Part shown: piece after piece, positions 1-7,285 of the stretch | Layout: the number at the start of each line of letters is the position of its first letter | How positions within the stretch are numbered: the stretch's first letter is position 1 | Source: an uncultured Gammaproteobacteria bacterium | Lineage (GTDB): Bacteria > Patescibacteriota > Microgenomatia > Daviesbacterales > UBA10151 | Length of the DNA: 7,684 nt | Assembly (NCBI GenBank): GCA_964522265.1 | Contig: CAZFVS010000051.1 | Span: 1-7,684, forward strand | Direction: 5' to 3' | The notes under the pieces: generated by a model | Seen by the model: the letters and a program-made list of their open reading frames with translations, nothing else | What the model was told of the DNA's origin: nothing | The model's database searches: none | Translations under genes and position numbers: made by a program

Positions 1-59
1 TGAGAAAGTTATGGATTGCTGGGGTGATCTAATTGTGGTTTTGCACCAAACTCTGGCAA

Positions 60-1364
60 TTAGGGTAAAAAAGACTTTATCAGATCCGAAACTTTTTGTG
101 TCACTGCTCTAATCGGCAAGCCTTTACCTAAAACGGGTAAGTTTATTTCACCACTCTCCAGTGTTTTAACACCATAAATTATGAGTCCTGCCGCTGTTGC
201 AAATATAGGTGAATCAATCTCGTCAGTAAGTCCAACAAACCCCTCTATCTCTCCAATTCTGGCAGGAAACCCCAGTATGTATTTTGCCTGTTCTAAAGCT
301 CCTACTGTTAAAGCACCACCTCCGGTGATCACCAGACCAGCTGGAGTTTGAACCCCAAAACCGCTTTTTTTGATCTCTTTTCCGACATATTTAAAAATCT
401 CCTGCAACCTGGGTTTAATAATACTGTCTACAACAGTTTTTTTGGATATTTTTTCAATCTCTTCAACCAGTCCCATGCTTCTAAGATCAAGCGTTTCCTC
501 CTCTTTTTTTCTGGCGACACTTTTTTCATCATGATGGTTTAAGTCTCTATCTTCAGGCATAATAGGTTTTTTGGGGATTTTACCCAAAGCCTGTTTGACC
601 TTTTCTGCTGATTCTAAAGAAATTCTTAACCCCACTGCCAAATCTGAAGTCACATGCCGGCCTCCCAAAGGGATAACAGATGAATAAGCAATGGCGCCGT
701 CTACAAACATGACGACATCTGTGGTTTCGCCTCCAATATCAACCAAAATTACACCCAATTCTTTCTCAGTATCAGTTAAAACCGCCTGAGCAGAAGCAAG
801 ACCGGAAAAAACCAATTCGGAAATATCTATTCCTACCATCCCGATACATTTGGCCAAATTTCTAGTTGAAGTTGTTGAACCGGTAATAATGTGGGTGTCT
901 GTTTCAAGCCTTATCCCTGTCATACCTATTGGATCGCTGATCCCTTCTTGCCCATCTACCGTAAAGGTGCGCGGAATAACATGCAGAATTTCCAGAGAAG
1001 ACGGCAAAGCTATCGCTCTTGCAGCATCATTCACCCTTAAAACATCGTTTTGCTTTATTTCACCCTCCGGCTGAGCCACTGCTACTACAGCGTGTGAGTT
1101 AACACTTTTGATCTGAGGCCCCCCCAAAGAGACGTATGCTGAGGAAACCGAATAACCGGACATTCTCTCGGCGCTTTCAACACTCTCGGTAATAGCCTGC
1201 ACTGCCGATTCAATATCTACAATCTGCCCCTTTTTAACACCTCTGGAGTTCGTTGCAACAGCACCTATAAGATTGATTCTGCCATCTCCTCCCAGAGTGG
1301 CAATTAATGTGGCAATTTTGGAAGAGCCAACATCAATACCGCAAACCACCTTGTCTTTGCTCAT
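60..1364 (-). CDS. ftsA: Cell-division protein FtsA (actin/Hsp70-fold ATPase)
   Basis: The 434-aa product has actin-fold phosphate motifs: VCGIDVGSSKI, VILVDIGGETTDV and GLVITGGGALTVG. It has an FtsA-type 1C region (ILHVIPRTFTVDGQEGISDPIGMTGIRLETDTHII). The C-terminal amphipathic tail (VTQKVSDLIKSFLP, about 63-113) is typical of the FtsA membrane-targeting helix. Start is ATG and stop is TAA. Confidence 0.93.
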   Translation of the reverse strand: MSKDKVVCGIDVGSSKIATLIATLGGDGRINLIGAVATNSRGVKKGQIVDIESAVQAITESVESAERMSGYSVSSAYVSLGGPQIKSVNSHAVVAVAQPEGEIKQNDVLRVNDAARAIALPSSLEILHVIPRTFTVDGQEGISDPIGMTGIRLETDTHIITGSTTSTRNLAKCIGMVGIDISELVFSGLASAQAVLTDTEKELGVILVDIGGETTDVVMFVDGAIAYSSVIPLGGRHVTSDLAVGLRISLESAEKVKQALGKIPKKPIMPEDRDLNHHDEKSVARKKEEETLDLRSMGLVEEIEKISKKTVVDSIIKPRLQEIFKYVGKEIKKSGFGVQTPAGLVITGGGALTVGALEQAKYILGFPARIGEIEGFVGLTDEIDSPIFATAAGLIIYGVKTLESGEINLPVLGKGLPIRAVTQKVSDLIKSFLP

Positions 1365-2197
1365 AAATGATCTTTTGGAGAGTATATCACAGTAGGCTTG
1401 TTAAACCTTAAATCGATAAAATTTATCACTTTTGATTCTATTTTAGCTTTTTTCAGGATTAATTGTAAAGAGGTAAGTTGCTTGTCTAAAGCGCTGTTTT
1501 TTGCAAAAATTAAATTTGGCTGTCCTTCAACCAAAATCTTTTCACCGGAAATAATCACTTTGTCCACATTTATTTGGAAAGCAACCAGCTTACCCAAAAG
1601 TAAAATAATTTTTTGGATTACATCATCCTGGATACTTTTCCCCAAACCAATATCTTCATTTACCAGATAAAGAGATTGCAAACCGCTAATTTCCTGGGTG
1701 GCCTCCTTAAAAATAAACCCAGAGCTGTCAACTAAAAATTTTGTTGATTCTGAAGCTTCAGGTAAAAACTTTGAGATGCTAAGTTCATTGACTACCGAAG
1801 AAGACGTAGCATCCAAAGCTTTCAACTCTTGTTGCATACTATTTGGTATTTTAATAATTAATGCGGCTGGTTCTCTTTCGGATAAATTAAGGTCAATCTT
1901 ATCCGGGAAATTTTTTTTAAATTCAACAGTTTTTATACAAAGAAATTTTTCTTTCAGGTTTTTTTCAATTTTTTTTTCATTTACCAAAAAAAAGTTTTGT
2001 CCGTAAAGATTAATTTGCTGTGCAATCATGTTTTTGTTTGTACATGACAGGTTATCGGGGCTTATATTAATTTTTTTAATTGTCAGAAAATTATATTTTA
2101 AAACTATACCTGCAGAAATTGACAGGATTGCAAAAAATAAGATTATTTTTGCAAAAAATACCTTGTTATCATTTTGATATATTTTTGATCTTTTCAC
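1361..2197 (-). CDS. ftsQ: Cell-division protein FtsQ/DivIB (N-terminal TM anchor plus POTRA domain)
   Basis: The product is 278 aa. A short basic N-terminus is followed by a single hydrophobic span (FFAKIILFFAILSISAGIVL). A POTRA-like segment follows (IKKINISPDNL...INLYGQNFFLVNEKKIEKNLKEKFLCIKTVEFKKNFPDKIDLNLSEREPAALI). It lies immediately upstream of ftsA, and its TGA stop overlaps the ftsA ATG (ATGA). The start is GTG at 2197. The sequence is divergent, so this call relies mainly on architecture and synteny. Confidence 0.75.
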   Translation of the reverse strand: MKRSKIYQNDNKVFFAKIILFFAILSISAGIVLKYNFLTIKKINISPDNLSCTNKNMIAQQINLYGQNFFLVNEKKIEKNLKEKFLCIKTVEFKKNFPDKIDLNLSEREPAALIIKIPNSMQQELKALDATSSSVVNELSISKFLPEASESTKFLVDSSGFIFKEATQEISGLQSLYLVNEDIGLGKSIQDDVIQKIILLLGKLVAFQINVDKVIISGEKILVEGQPNLIFAKNSALDKQLTSLQLILKKAKIESKVINFIDLRFNKPTVIYSPKDHL

Positions 2198-2199
2198 TG

Positions 2200-3345
2200 T
2201 TACTTTTTGCCAAGAATTAATGTTTCCTGTGCAAGCCTCTTGGCTGCATCCAAAACAACAACTTTTTTTGCATCTAAAGCAAGTTTTCTAAAATGATTAT
2301 AGTCCCTAAAGATATTTCCGATCTTTTTTAACAGATCCCGGCCGTTTAGGCTGCTTTGGGGTAGTATTTCACATAATCCCAAATGATGGAAAAATTTTGC
2401 ATTTGTATTTTGCTCATCTTTGTAAAGATACGGCAATGGCACTACAATAGTTGGTATACCAAAAAGCGCAAATTCAAATAGGGTGTTTACACCAGCGCGG
2501 GAAACTACTAAATCGGAATTTTTAAGAATTAAGGATACATCATCAACATCAAACCATTTCTTTACAAAATATCTTTGGGGGTTTTTAAATTGATCTTTTT
2601 CTTTTACTAATTTTTCAAAATCCCGGAAGTTGGAATCTCCGGTTTGGTGGATCACAAAAAATTTATCAGTTAAATCAGCCAGTATTTCTGAAACAGCCAT
2701 GTTCACCACATGCGACCCCTGGTTGCCTCCTGTTACATAAATAACCAACAAATGATTTTTCTTTGCTAAACTCAAAATGCCGCCAATCTTTTCAGCACCA
2801 CTTATTTGCAGCTTCGAATTTTTGGCATTCTCTAGTAATTCTTTTCGTATCGGATTACCCGTTAAAATGGTTTTGTCTGAGTCAAAAGAATAGCCTTGAT
2901 TAAAAGAAACTGCAATCTTATCTGCAAAAAAATTTGAGATTCTGTTGGCAAGACCGGAAACTAGAGTTTGTTCATGAACAATCACAGGAATATTTAAAAG
3001 CCAGGCGCTAAAAACTACCGGTACCCCGACATATCCACCGAAGGATAAAACTACATCAGGTGATTCCTTAATCAGATAATAAAAACTTTGGATAAAACCA
3101 ATGGGGATTTTTAAAAGAGAGGCAAATGTTTGAAAATCAGGGATCCGTCTGACTCTCCCGGCAACAATAGGGATGAATTTAACCCCTATTTTGGGAAAAA
3201 TTTGAGATTCTTGAGAAAGGGTTGAATCCCCCTCAATTGTATGTTTTCTGCCAATATAAACAATCTCTGAGTTATGAATTTTTTGTAATTCTTCAGCAGT
3301 AGCCTGCGCTGGTGTAAAATGCGAGCCGGTAATTAATATTTTCAC
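2200..3345 (-). CDS. murG: UDP-N-acetylglucosamine--N-acetylmuramyl-(pentapeptide) pyrophosphoryl-undecaprenol GlcNAc transferase MurG
   Basis: The 381-aa product has GT28 motifs: N-terminal KILITGSHFTPAQA (variant of GGTGGHvfPalA), PDVVLSFGGYVGVP, VIVHEQT (HEQN), YVTGGNQGSHVVN (GGSQGA), SRAGVNTLFEFALFGIPTIVVPLP (RxGaxTxxExxxxGxPxixvP) and DEQNTNAKF (xxQxxNA). The start codon is GTG at 3345 (cac on the plus strand) and the stop is TAA. Confidence 0.88.
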   Translation of the reverse strand: MKILITGSHFTPAQATAEELQKIHNSEIVYIGRKHTIEGDSTLSQESQIFPKIGVKFIPIVAGRVRRIPDFQTFASLLKIPIGFIQSFYYLIKESPDVVLSFGGYVGVPVVFSAWLLNIPVIVHEQTLVSGLANRISNFFADKIAVSFNQGYSFDSDKTILTGNPIRKELLENAKNSKLQISGAEKIGGILSLAKKNHLLVIYVTGGNQGSHVVNMAVSEILADLTDKFFVIHQTGDSNFRDFEKLVKEKDQFKNPQRYFVKKWFDVDDVSLILKNSDLVVSRAGVNTLFEFALFGIPTIVVPLPYLYKDEQNTNAKFFHHLGLCEILPQSSLNGRDLLKKIGNIFRDYNHFRKLALDAKKVVVLDAAKRLAQETLILGKK

Positions 3346-3365
3346 CTCTAAAGTATAACAAAAGA

Positions 3366-4487
3366 TTAAGTTGGGTTTTTAGTATATTTTGAAATATTAA
3401 GAAGAATGCCAACAGCTGCCAGATTTACCATCAGTGCTGATCCTCCATAGGAGATAAAAGGAAGCGGCACTCCTGTTAGGGGTATTAAAGACACCATTGC
3501 CCCCAAATTGATCAACGCCTGGATCCCCAACCATATTGTTAACCCAAAAGCCAATAATCTGCCAAAATTATCATCCGCTCTTTCGGCAATTTTTAAACCC
3601 TTGTAGATCAGAAAAGAGATCAGGCCAATTAAAACTAAACCTCCCATAAACCCAAGCTCTTCTCCAACCACTGCAAAAATAGAGTCTGTAGCAACTTCAG
3701 GGATATATTCAAATTTTTGACGGGATTCACCAAGACCTAACCCGAAAAGGCCTCCTGAGCCCAAAGCTATAAGCACTTGGGAGATGTGGTAGGAATAACC
3801 TTGAGGATCAGAAAAAGGGTTTAGAAAAGCAAGAATTCTCTGCTTGCGATAAACGGAAGATAACATAAAAAGAACAAAACCCACAATTGCAAAAGGTATT
3901 ATTCCCAACAAATACACCAGTGGAACCCCTGCAACTATATACATCGAAACAGAGGTCAGGAAGAAAACCACAGTTGAACCTAAATCCTTTTGTAAAAAAC
4001 CAACAATAAAAGAAACCAACGAGATAACAATAATAAATGGTAAGAAACGAGGTTTTTTTTCAAAAATTGATGCAAAGAAAACAATTGTAGAAAGTTTCAT
4101 TATTTCAACGGGTTGAATGGAAAAAAACCCTAGTTTTAACCACCTGTATGCCCCTCCTGCCGAAAGCCCCAATCCGGGAACGAGTACCAAAAGAAGTATT
4201 AGAAAAGATATTGCCAGCATAGGCAAAGATATTTTTTTAAAGTGACGGTAATTAAAAAAAGAAAAAAAAGTGAGCATCAAAAAACCGAGCCCTACCCAAA
4301 CGAGTTGTTGTTTAATATAGAAATATTTATTGCCAAAGTCCTTAAACGACTGCACAACTGAAGCATCGTAAACCATAACGAGTCCGAACACTATTAGAGA
4401 TATTGTCGCCAGAAGTATTGCCGGGTCAACCTTTTTACTTTGCGTATCGAACTTGAGTTTTGGGATTGATAAATTTTTTCTTCTCAT
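3366..4487 (-). CDS. ftsW: SEDS-family peptidoglycan glycosyltransferase / cell-division protein FtsW
   Basis: The product is a multi-pass membrane protein of 373 aa. It carries the SEDS motifs SIQPVEIMKL (QPSExxK), QKDLGSTVV, IPEVATDSIFAVVGEELGFMGG (TDFIFaxigEElG) and PLTGVPLPFISYGGSAL. I call it FtsW rather than RodA because it sits between mraY and murG. Confidence 0.88.
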   Translation of the reverse strand: MRRKNLSIPKLKFDTQSKKVDPAILLATISLIVFGLVMVYDASVVQSFKDFGNKYFYIKQQLVWVGLGFLMLTFFSFFNYRHFKKISLPMLAISFLILLLVLVPGLGLSAGGAYRWLKLGFFSIQPVEIMKLSTIVFFASIFEKKPRFLPFIIVISLVSFIVGFLQKDLGSTVVFFLTSVSMYIVAGVPLVYLLGIIPFAIVGFVLFMLSSVYRKQRILAFLNPFSDPQGYSYHISQVLIALGSGGLFGLGLGESRQKFEYIPEVATDSIFAVVGEELGFMGGLVLIGLISFLIYKGLKIAERADDNFGRLLAFGLTIWLGIQALINLGAMVSLIPLTGVPLPFISYGGSALMVNLAAVGILLNISKYTKNPT

Positions 4488-4519
4488 AATTGCTAAGAAT
4501 TAACTACTAGGTAAATAGG

Positions 4520-5563
4520 CTAGTTGGGAAGTAATGATAACCAAAGTCCCAAAATTGCAAATATAGCCCCTGCCAACCAAAACCTAACAACTATTTTTGG
4601 CTCTTCCCATCCGATATATTTAAAATACATATGGATGGGGGCAATCTGCATAATTTTTCTTTTCAATATTTTTTTTGAAAGGATCTGCAGGAGAGAAGAT
4701 GTAACTATCACAACATAAACCCCTCCAATTACTGCCAGTCCGATTATTTTACCAGTAAGTAAACCAACAACAGCCAAGGTTGCCCCAAATCCAAATGCAC
4801 CTGCATCACCCAAATAAATTCTTGCCGGATAAACATTAAAGTACAGATATGCAATTAATGCGCCTATCCATACACCTAAAAATACACTTAAGCTTTCATC
4901 AAAAACAGTATGTGCTAGCACTAAAAAAGCAAAAAGACAAATTGTCAAAAGTCCAGAAGACAGCCCGTCTAATCCATCCGAAATATTGTTAGCATTAGCA
5001 AAAGAAACAATTACGAAAATAGCCAGAGGTATATACCACCAACCTAAAATAATATTTCCGAAAAAAGGTACGAAAATATTATTAAGACCTATCGAGAAAT
5101 AAAGCATGAGCGCAATAAAAACAGCAGCAATAATCTGTAAAAAAAGAATATGGTGGCTTTTCATACCAGAGTATTTTCCTGAGAATTTAGCAAAAATTTT
5201 TTTCATATCGTCAGGCAAACCGATCAATCCAAAGGAAAGCACTGTAAAAATTAAAACATATATTTCAAGCGTTATAGAATAATCTGTCAGATATAAAACT
5301 GAAAAACTTATCAATATAAGAGAGGGTATAATTAGTAGACCTCCTCCCACCGGAACCTCTGTATCTTTGCCTTTAAGAATCTGGTTATGAATTGGGGTAT
5401 TGTAACTTAAGGCAGCATTAGTGGGTTTCTTATTTTTTCCATTATATAAAAACAGGTTTTGTTGATACCTTTTTTTTAAGAAAAAAAGAAGATCTATGAA
5501 CGGAACCAACAAAAAGGCAGTAATAGCAAATGATATTAGAACCCATCCCAACAACTGTATCAT
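4520..5563 (-). CDS. mraY: Phospho-N-acetylmuramoyl-pentapeptide transferase MraY
   Basis: The product is a polytopic membrane protein of 347 aa. It carries the MraY/PNPT motifs GLPDDMKKI (DD motif), NANNISDGLDGLSSG (NxxNxTDGLDGLa), LGDAGAFGFG (GDxGSxxLG) and APIHMYFKYIGWEEPKIVVRFW (aPiHHHfExxGWxEpxvvvRFW). Start is ATG and stop is TAG. It lies between the murF-like gene and ftsW. Confidence 0.92.
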   Translation of the reverse strand: MIQLLGWVLISFAITAFLLVPFIDLLFFLKKRYQQNLFLYNGKNKKPTNAALSYNTPIHNQILKGKDTEVPVGGGLLIIPSLILISFSVLYLTDYSITLEIYVLIFTVLSFGLIGLPDDMKKIFAKFSGKYSGMKSHHILFLQIIAAVFIALMLYFSIGLNNIFVPFFGNIILGWWYIPLAIFVIVSFANANNISDGLDGLSSGLLTICLFAFLVLAHTVFDESLSVFLGVWIGALIAYLYFNVYPARIYLGDAGAFGFGATLAVVGLLTGKIIGLAVIGGVYVVIVTSSLLQILSKKILKRKIMQIAPIHMYFKYIGWEEPKIVVRFWLAGAIFAILGLWLSLLPN

Positions 5564-5574
5564 TATTAATATTT

Positions 5575-6699
5575 CTAGAATCTTTTAAGCTTAATTATTC
5601 TTTTTACCACTTCATCCAGTCTAACACTGCGGTCTCCCTTAATCAAAATAACATCACCTTTAGCCATAATTTTGAGTAACTTACCTACTATCTGCGGATT
5701 TGTCAAGTTATCCTGTAGACGCTCCGCTAGAAACCCAAGTTTGTTTAATTCATCTGCAATAACCTGTGCATTTTCCCCCTTTAAAAATACCAGATCAATT
5801 TTATCTTTATAGATTTTTTGGGCAATTTGACGGAATAATTTTTCATCTGATCTTCCCAACCCCGTTGCTTTCCCTAAAACAGCAATTCTTCTCCTGGCAC
5901 TTACCTGATTTAAACATTCTAATGCCTCTTCTGTATCAATGAATAGATCATCATCTGTATCATCTATTACTGCGGAACCATTTACACCATCAAAAACCTG
6001 CATTTTATGCTCAACCACAGCTACATTTTCCAATCCTTTTTTTATAGTTAAAAGCGGGATATCTAAACTAATACCCAACGACGCAGCTGCCAAAAGCGGG
6101 TATATCTGATGAAACCCCAAAAGATTAGAATTAATTGCCACTCTCTCGACACCGTAATTCATTTCAAAAGAAGTTCTAAAATTTACAATTCTAATCCTTC
6201 CTACCCATACCTGACAGGCGTACTGATCTGTACCATAAAATAAAACCTGAGCCTTTGTTTTTTCGGAAAGCTTCCTTAAGACAGGGTCATCCCAATTTAA
6301 TATCATCAAACCATTTTCTGGAGTTACTTCTATAATTCTACCGTTTTCGGATAGAACGTCTTCTGTGTTTACGTATCCTGGCTGATAAATTCTTGTTGCA
6401 ATGGTTGTTTGAGGTTTTAGTCCTTTAAAATACAACTCAGATTCTTTAGTATTGCGGAAATCCATTGCAAATATAATTTTGTCGTTGTTGGTTGATAATT
6501 GTAGAATGTTCTTGAAGGCTTTATTTGAACCTATCGCTACTTTTTTAAATTTCTGTTCTAAAACCGCTCTGCATGAATTGACGGTAGTGACATCCAATGG
6601 TTCTCCAAAAACTCCAACTATCTTTGAATTATCTATAAACCTTGAGTATTGTTTTATAAAAAAGCCCAGGACTGACTTGATATTAACTCTCATGTCCAT
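5575..6699 (-). CDS. Mur ligase family protein, MurF-like (central and C-terminal domains), lacking the N-terminal domain and with a degenerate ATP-binding P-loop; possibly non-catalytic
   Basis: MurF-type blocks are retained: PENGLMILNWDDP (MurF PENGiaimNaDn), GFHQIYPLLAAASLGISL (GxHNxxNaLAAaa), AVIDD, RRIAVLG...GLG (VvGdMxELG) and GDVILIKGDRSVRLDEVV (vLvKGSRxxxmEevV). The expected P-loop TGSxGKT(T/S) reads VFGEPLDVTT (6583-6615), with no Lys. The product is about 80 aa shorter than typical MurF. It sits between murE and mraY, the usual murF position. The start at 6699 (MDM...) overlaps the upstream gene by 17 nt, and the alternative ATG at 6693 is equally possible. Confidence 0.7.
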   Translation of the reverse strand: MDMRVNIKSVLGFFIKQYSRFIDNSKIVGVFGEPLDVTTVNSCRAVLEQKFKKVAIGSNKAFKNILQLSTNNDKIIFAMDFRNTKESELYFKGLKPQTTIATRIYQPGYVNTEDVLSENGRIIEVTPENGLMILNWDDPVLRKLSEKTKAQVLFYGTDQYACQVWVGRIRIVNFRTSFEMNYGVERVAINSNLLGFHQIYPLLAAASLGISLDIPLLTIKKGLENVAVVEHKMQVFDGVNGSAVIDDTDDDLFIDTEEALECLNQVSARRRIAVLGKATGLGRSDEKLFRQIAQKIYKDKIDLVFLKGENAQVIADELNKLGFLAERLQDNLTNPQIVGKLLKIMAKGDVILIKGDRSVRLDEVVKRIIKLKRF

Positions 6700-7285
6700 C
6701 TTCTTTCCGTTGCGCTTTTATTTTGAGAACCACTGATAATACGATTTGGTTTTTCTGAAGATCGTCAAGATTTATATCATCAATCTGTCCATCTTCCCAT
6801 ACTCTAATATTTTTTGTCAGTTCATTAAAACTTGGATCCAGAAATATTGCCCCGCCTATTGTTGAGTTTAAAGAGTTAAATGTTAAAACCGGGTTTAGGT
6901 TTTGTTCTCCCAAAAACTGATTAAGTCTACCCAAACTTACGCCTGAGTCTACCTCTATCAATGCCTCTTCAATCCCCAAGCCGGCAGATCCAACCTTACC
7001 TTTCACCCCACCTATTTTAATTTTTCCGGTACGGTTTTTAATAGTTAAACCAGGAAATCCCTTTTTGGGTACTAATGTCTTCGTACCATTGCCAATCACA
7101 AAGAAAGGGATTTTAAGCTGTCTTACCACATCAAGCGCTTTAATTAATTCCCCTTGGTCTATTGCAATATAAAAACATTCTGCCGATCCGCCTATCTTTG
7201 AAAAAACATGATGTGCAAGTGGTTCATTAAATTTGACACGCCCTGATCCTAAATGAGCTACTAAGATCTGCAATTTATCATTCAT
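6683..7285 (-). CDS. MurB-like protein (UDP-N-acetylenolpyruvoylglucosamine reductase family) containing only the N-terminal FAD-binding (PCMH-type) domain; the catalytic C-terminal domain is absent
   Basis: GRVKFNEPLAHHVFSKIGGSAECFYIAIDQGELIKALDVVRQLKIPFFVIGNGTKTLVPKKGFPGLTIKN aligns by eye with the MurB N-terminus (NEPLAxHTxxKIGGxA ... vIGxGSNxLvxdxGxxGvvIk). Further on, IEVDSGVSLGRL and STIGGAIF correspond to vxvgAGxxxxxl and GIPGxvGGAvxMNAGA. The protein ends at about 200 aa (IVLSVVLKIKAQ), where the FAD-binding domains of MurB end. Full-length MurB is about 300 aa. The ATG at 7285 overlaps the murE stop within ATGAATGA. Confidence 0.65.
   Translation of the reverse strand: MNDKLQILVAHLGSGRVKFNEPLAHHVFSKIGGSAECFYIAIDQGELIKALDVVRQLKIPFFVIGNGTKTLVPKKGFPGLTIKNRTGKIKIGGVKGKVGSAGLGIEEALIEVDSGVSLGRLNQFLGEQNLNPVLTFNSLNSTIGGAIFLDPSFNELTKNIRVWEDGQIDDINLDDLQKNQIVLSVVLKIKAQRKEDGHES

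Noticed and set aside
1-59. Possible terminator or ftsZ start downstream of ftsA
   Set aside because: Only a 4-bp stem (TGGT/ACCA) with no following T-tract is present, so it is not a credible intrinsic terminator. No ATG or plausible start with an FtsZ-like N-terminus can be read in the 59 nt. ftsZ is expected from synteny but cannot be called from this window.
471-581. Charged, low-complexity insertion in FtsA (IPKKPIMPEDRDLNHHDEKSVARKKEEETLDLRSMG)
   Set aside because: It falls in the variable surface region of the FtsA 2B subdomain, where length variation is common. It has no repeat structure or independent domain signature, so it is not treated as a finding.
348-2006. Plus-strand ORFs antisense to ftsA and ftsQ (348-542, 850-1074, 1398-1670, 1698-2006)
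   Set aside because: These are low-complexity, Phe/Leu/Ser/Ile-rich translations lying wholly inside strongly supported minus-strand genes. They have no recognisable motifs and no upstream signals. They are typical shadow ORFs of AT-rich coding sequence.
5575-7285. The MurB-like and MurF-like genes as decaying pseudogenes
   Set aside because: Both keep uninterrupted ORFs of 200 and 374 codons in an AT-rich background where random open frames are short. Both also keep operon-style coupled junctions. Loss of catalytic motifs with retention of the fold-defining blocks fits a maintained non-canonical protein better than a pseudogene. Comparative data would be needed to settle this.
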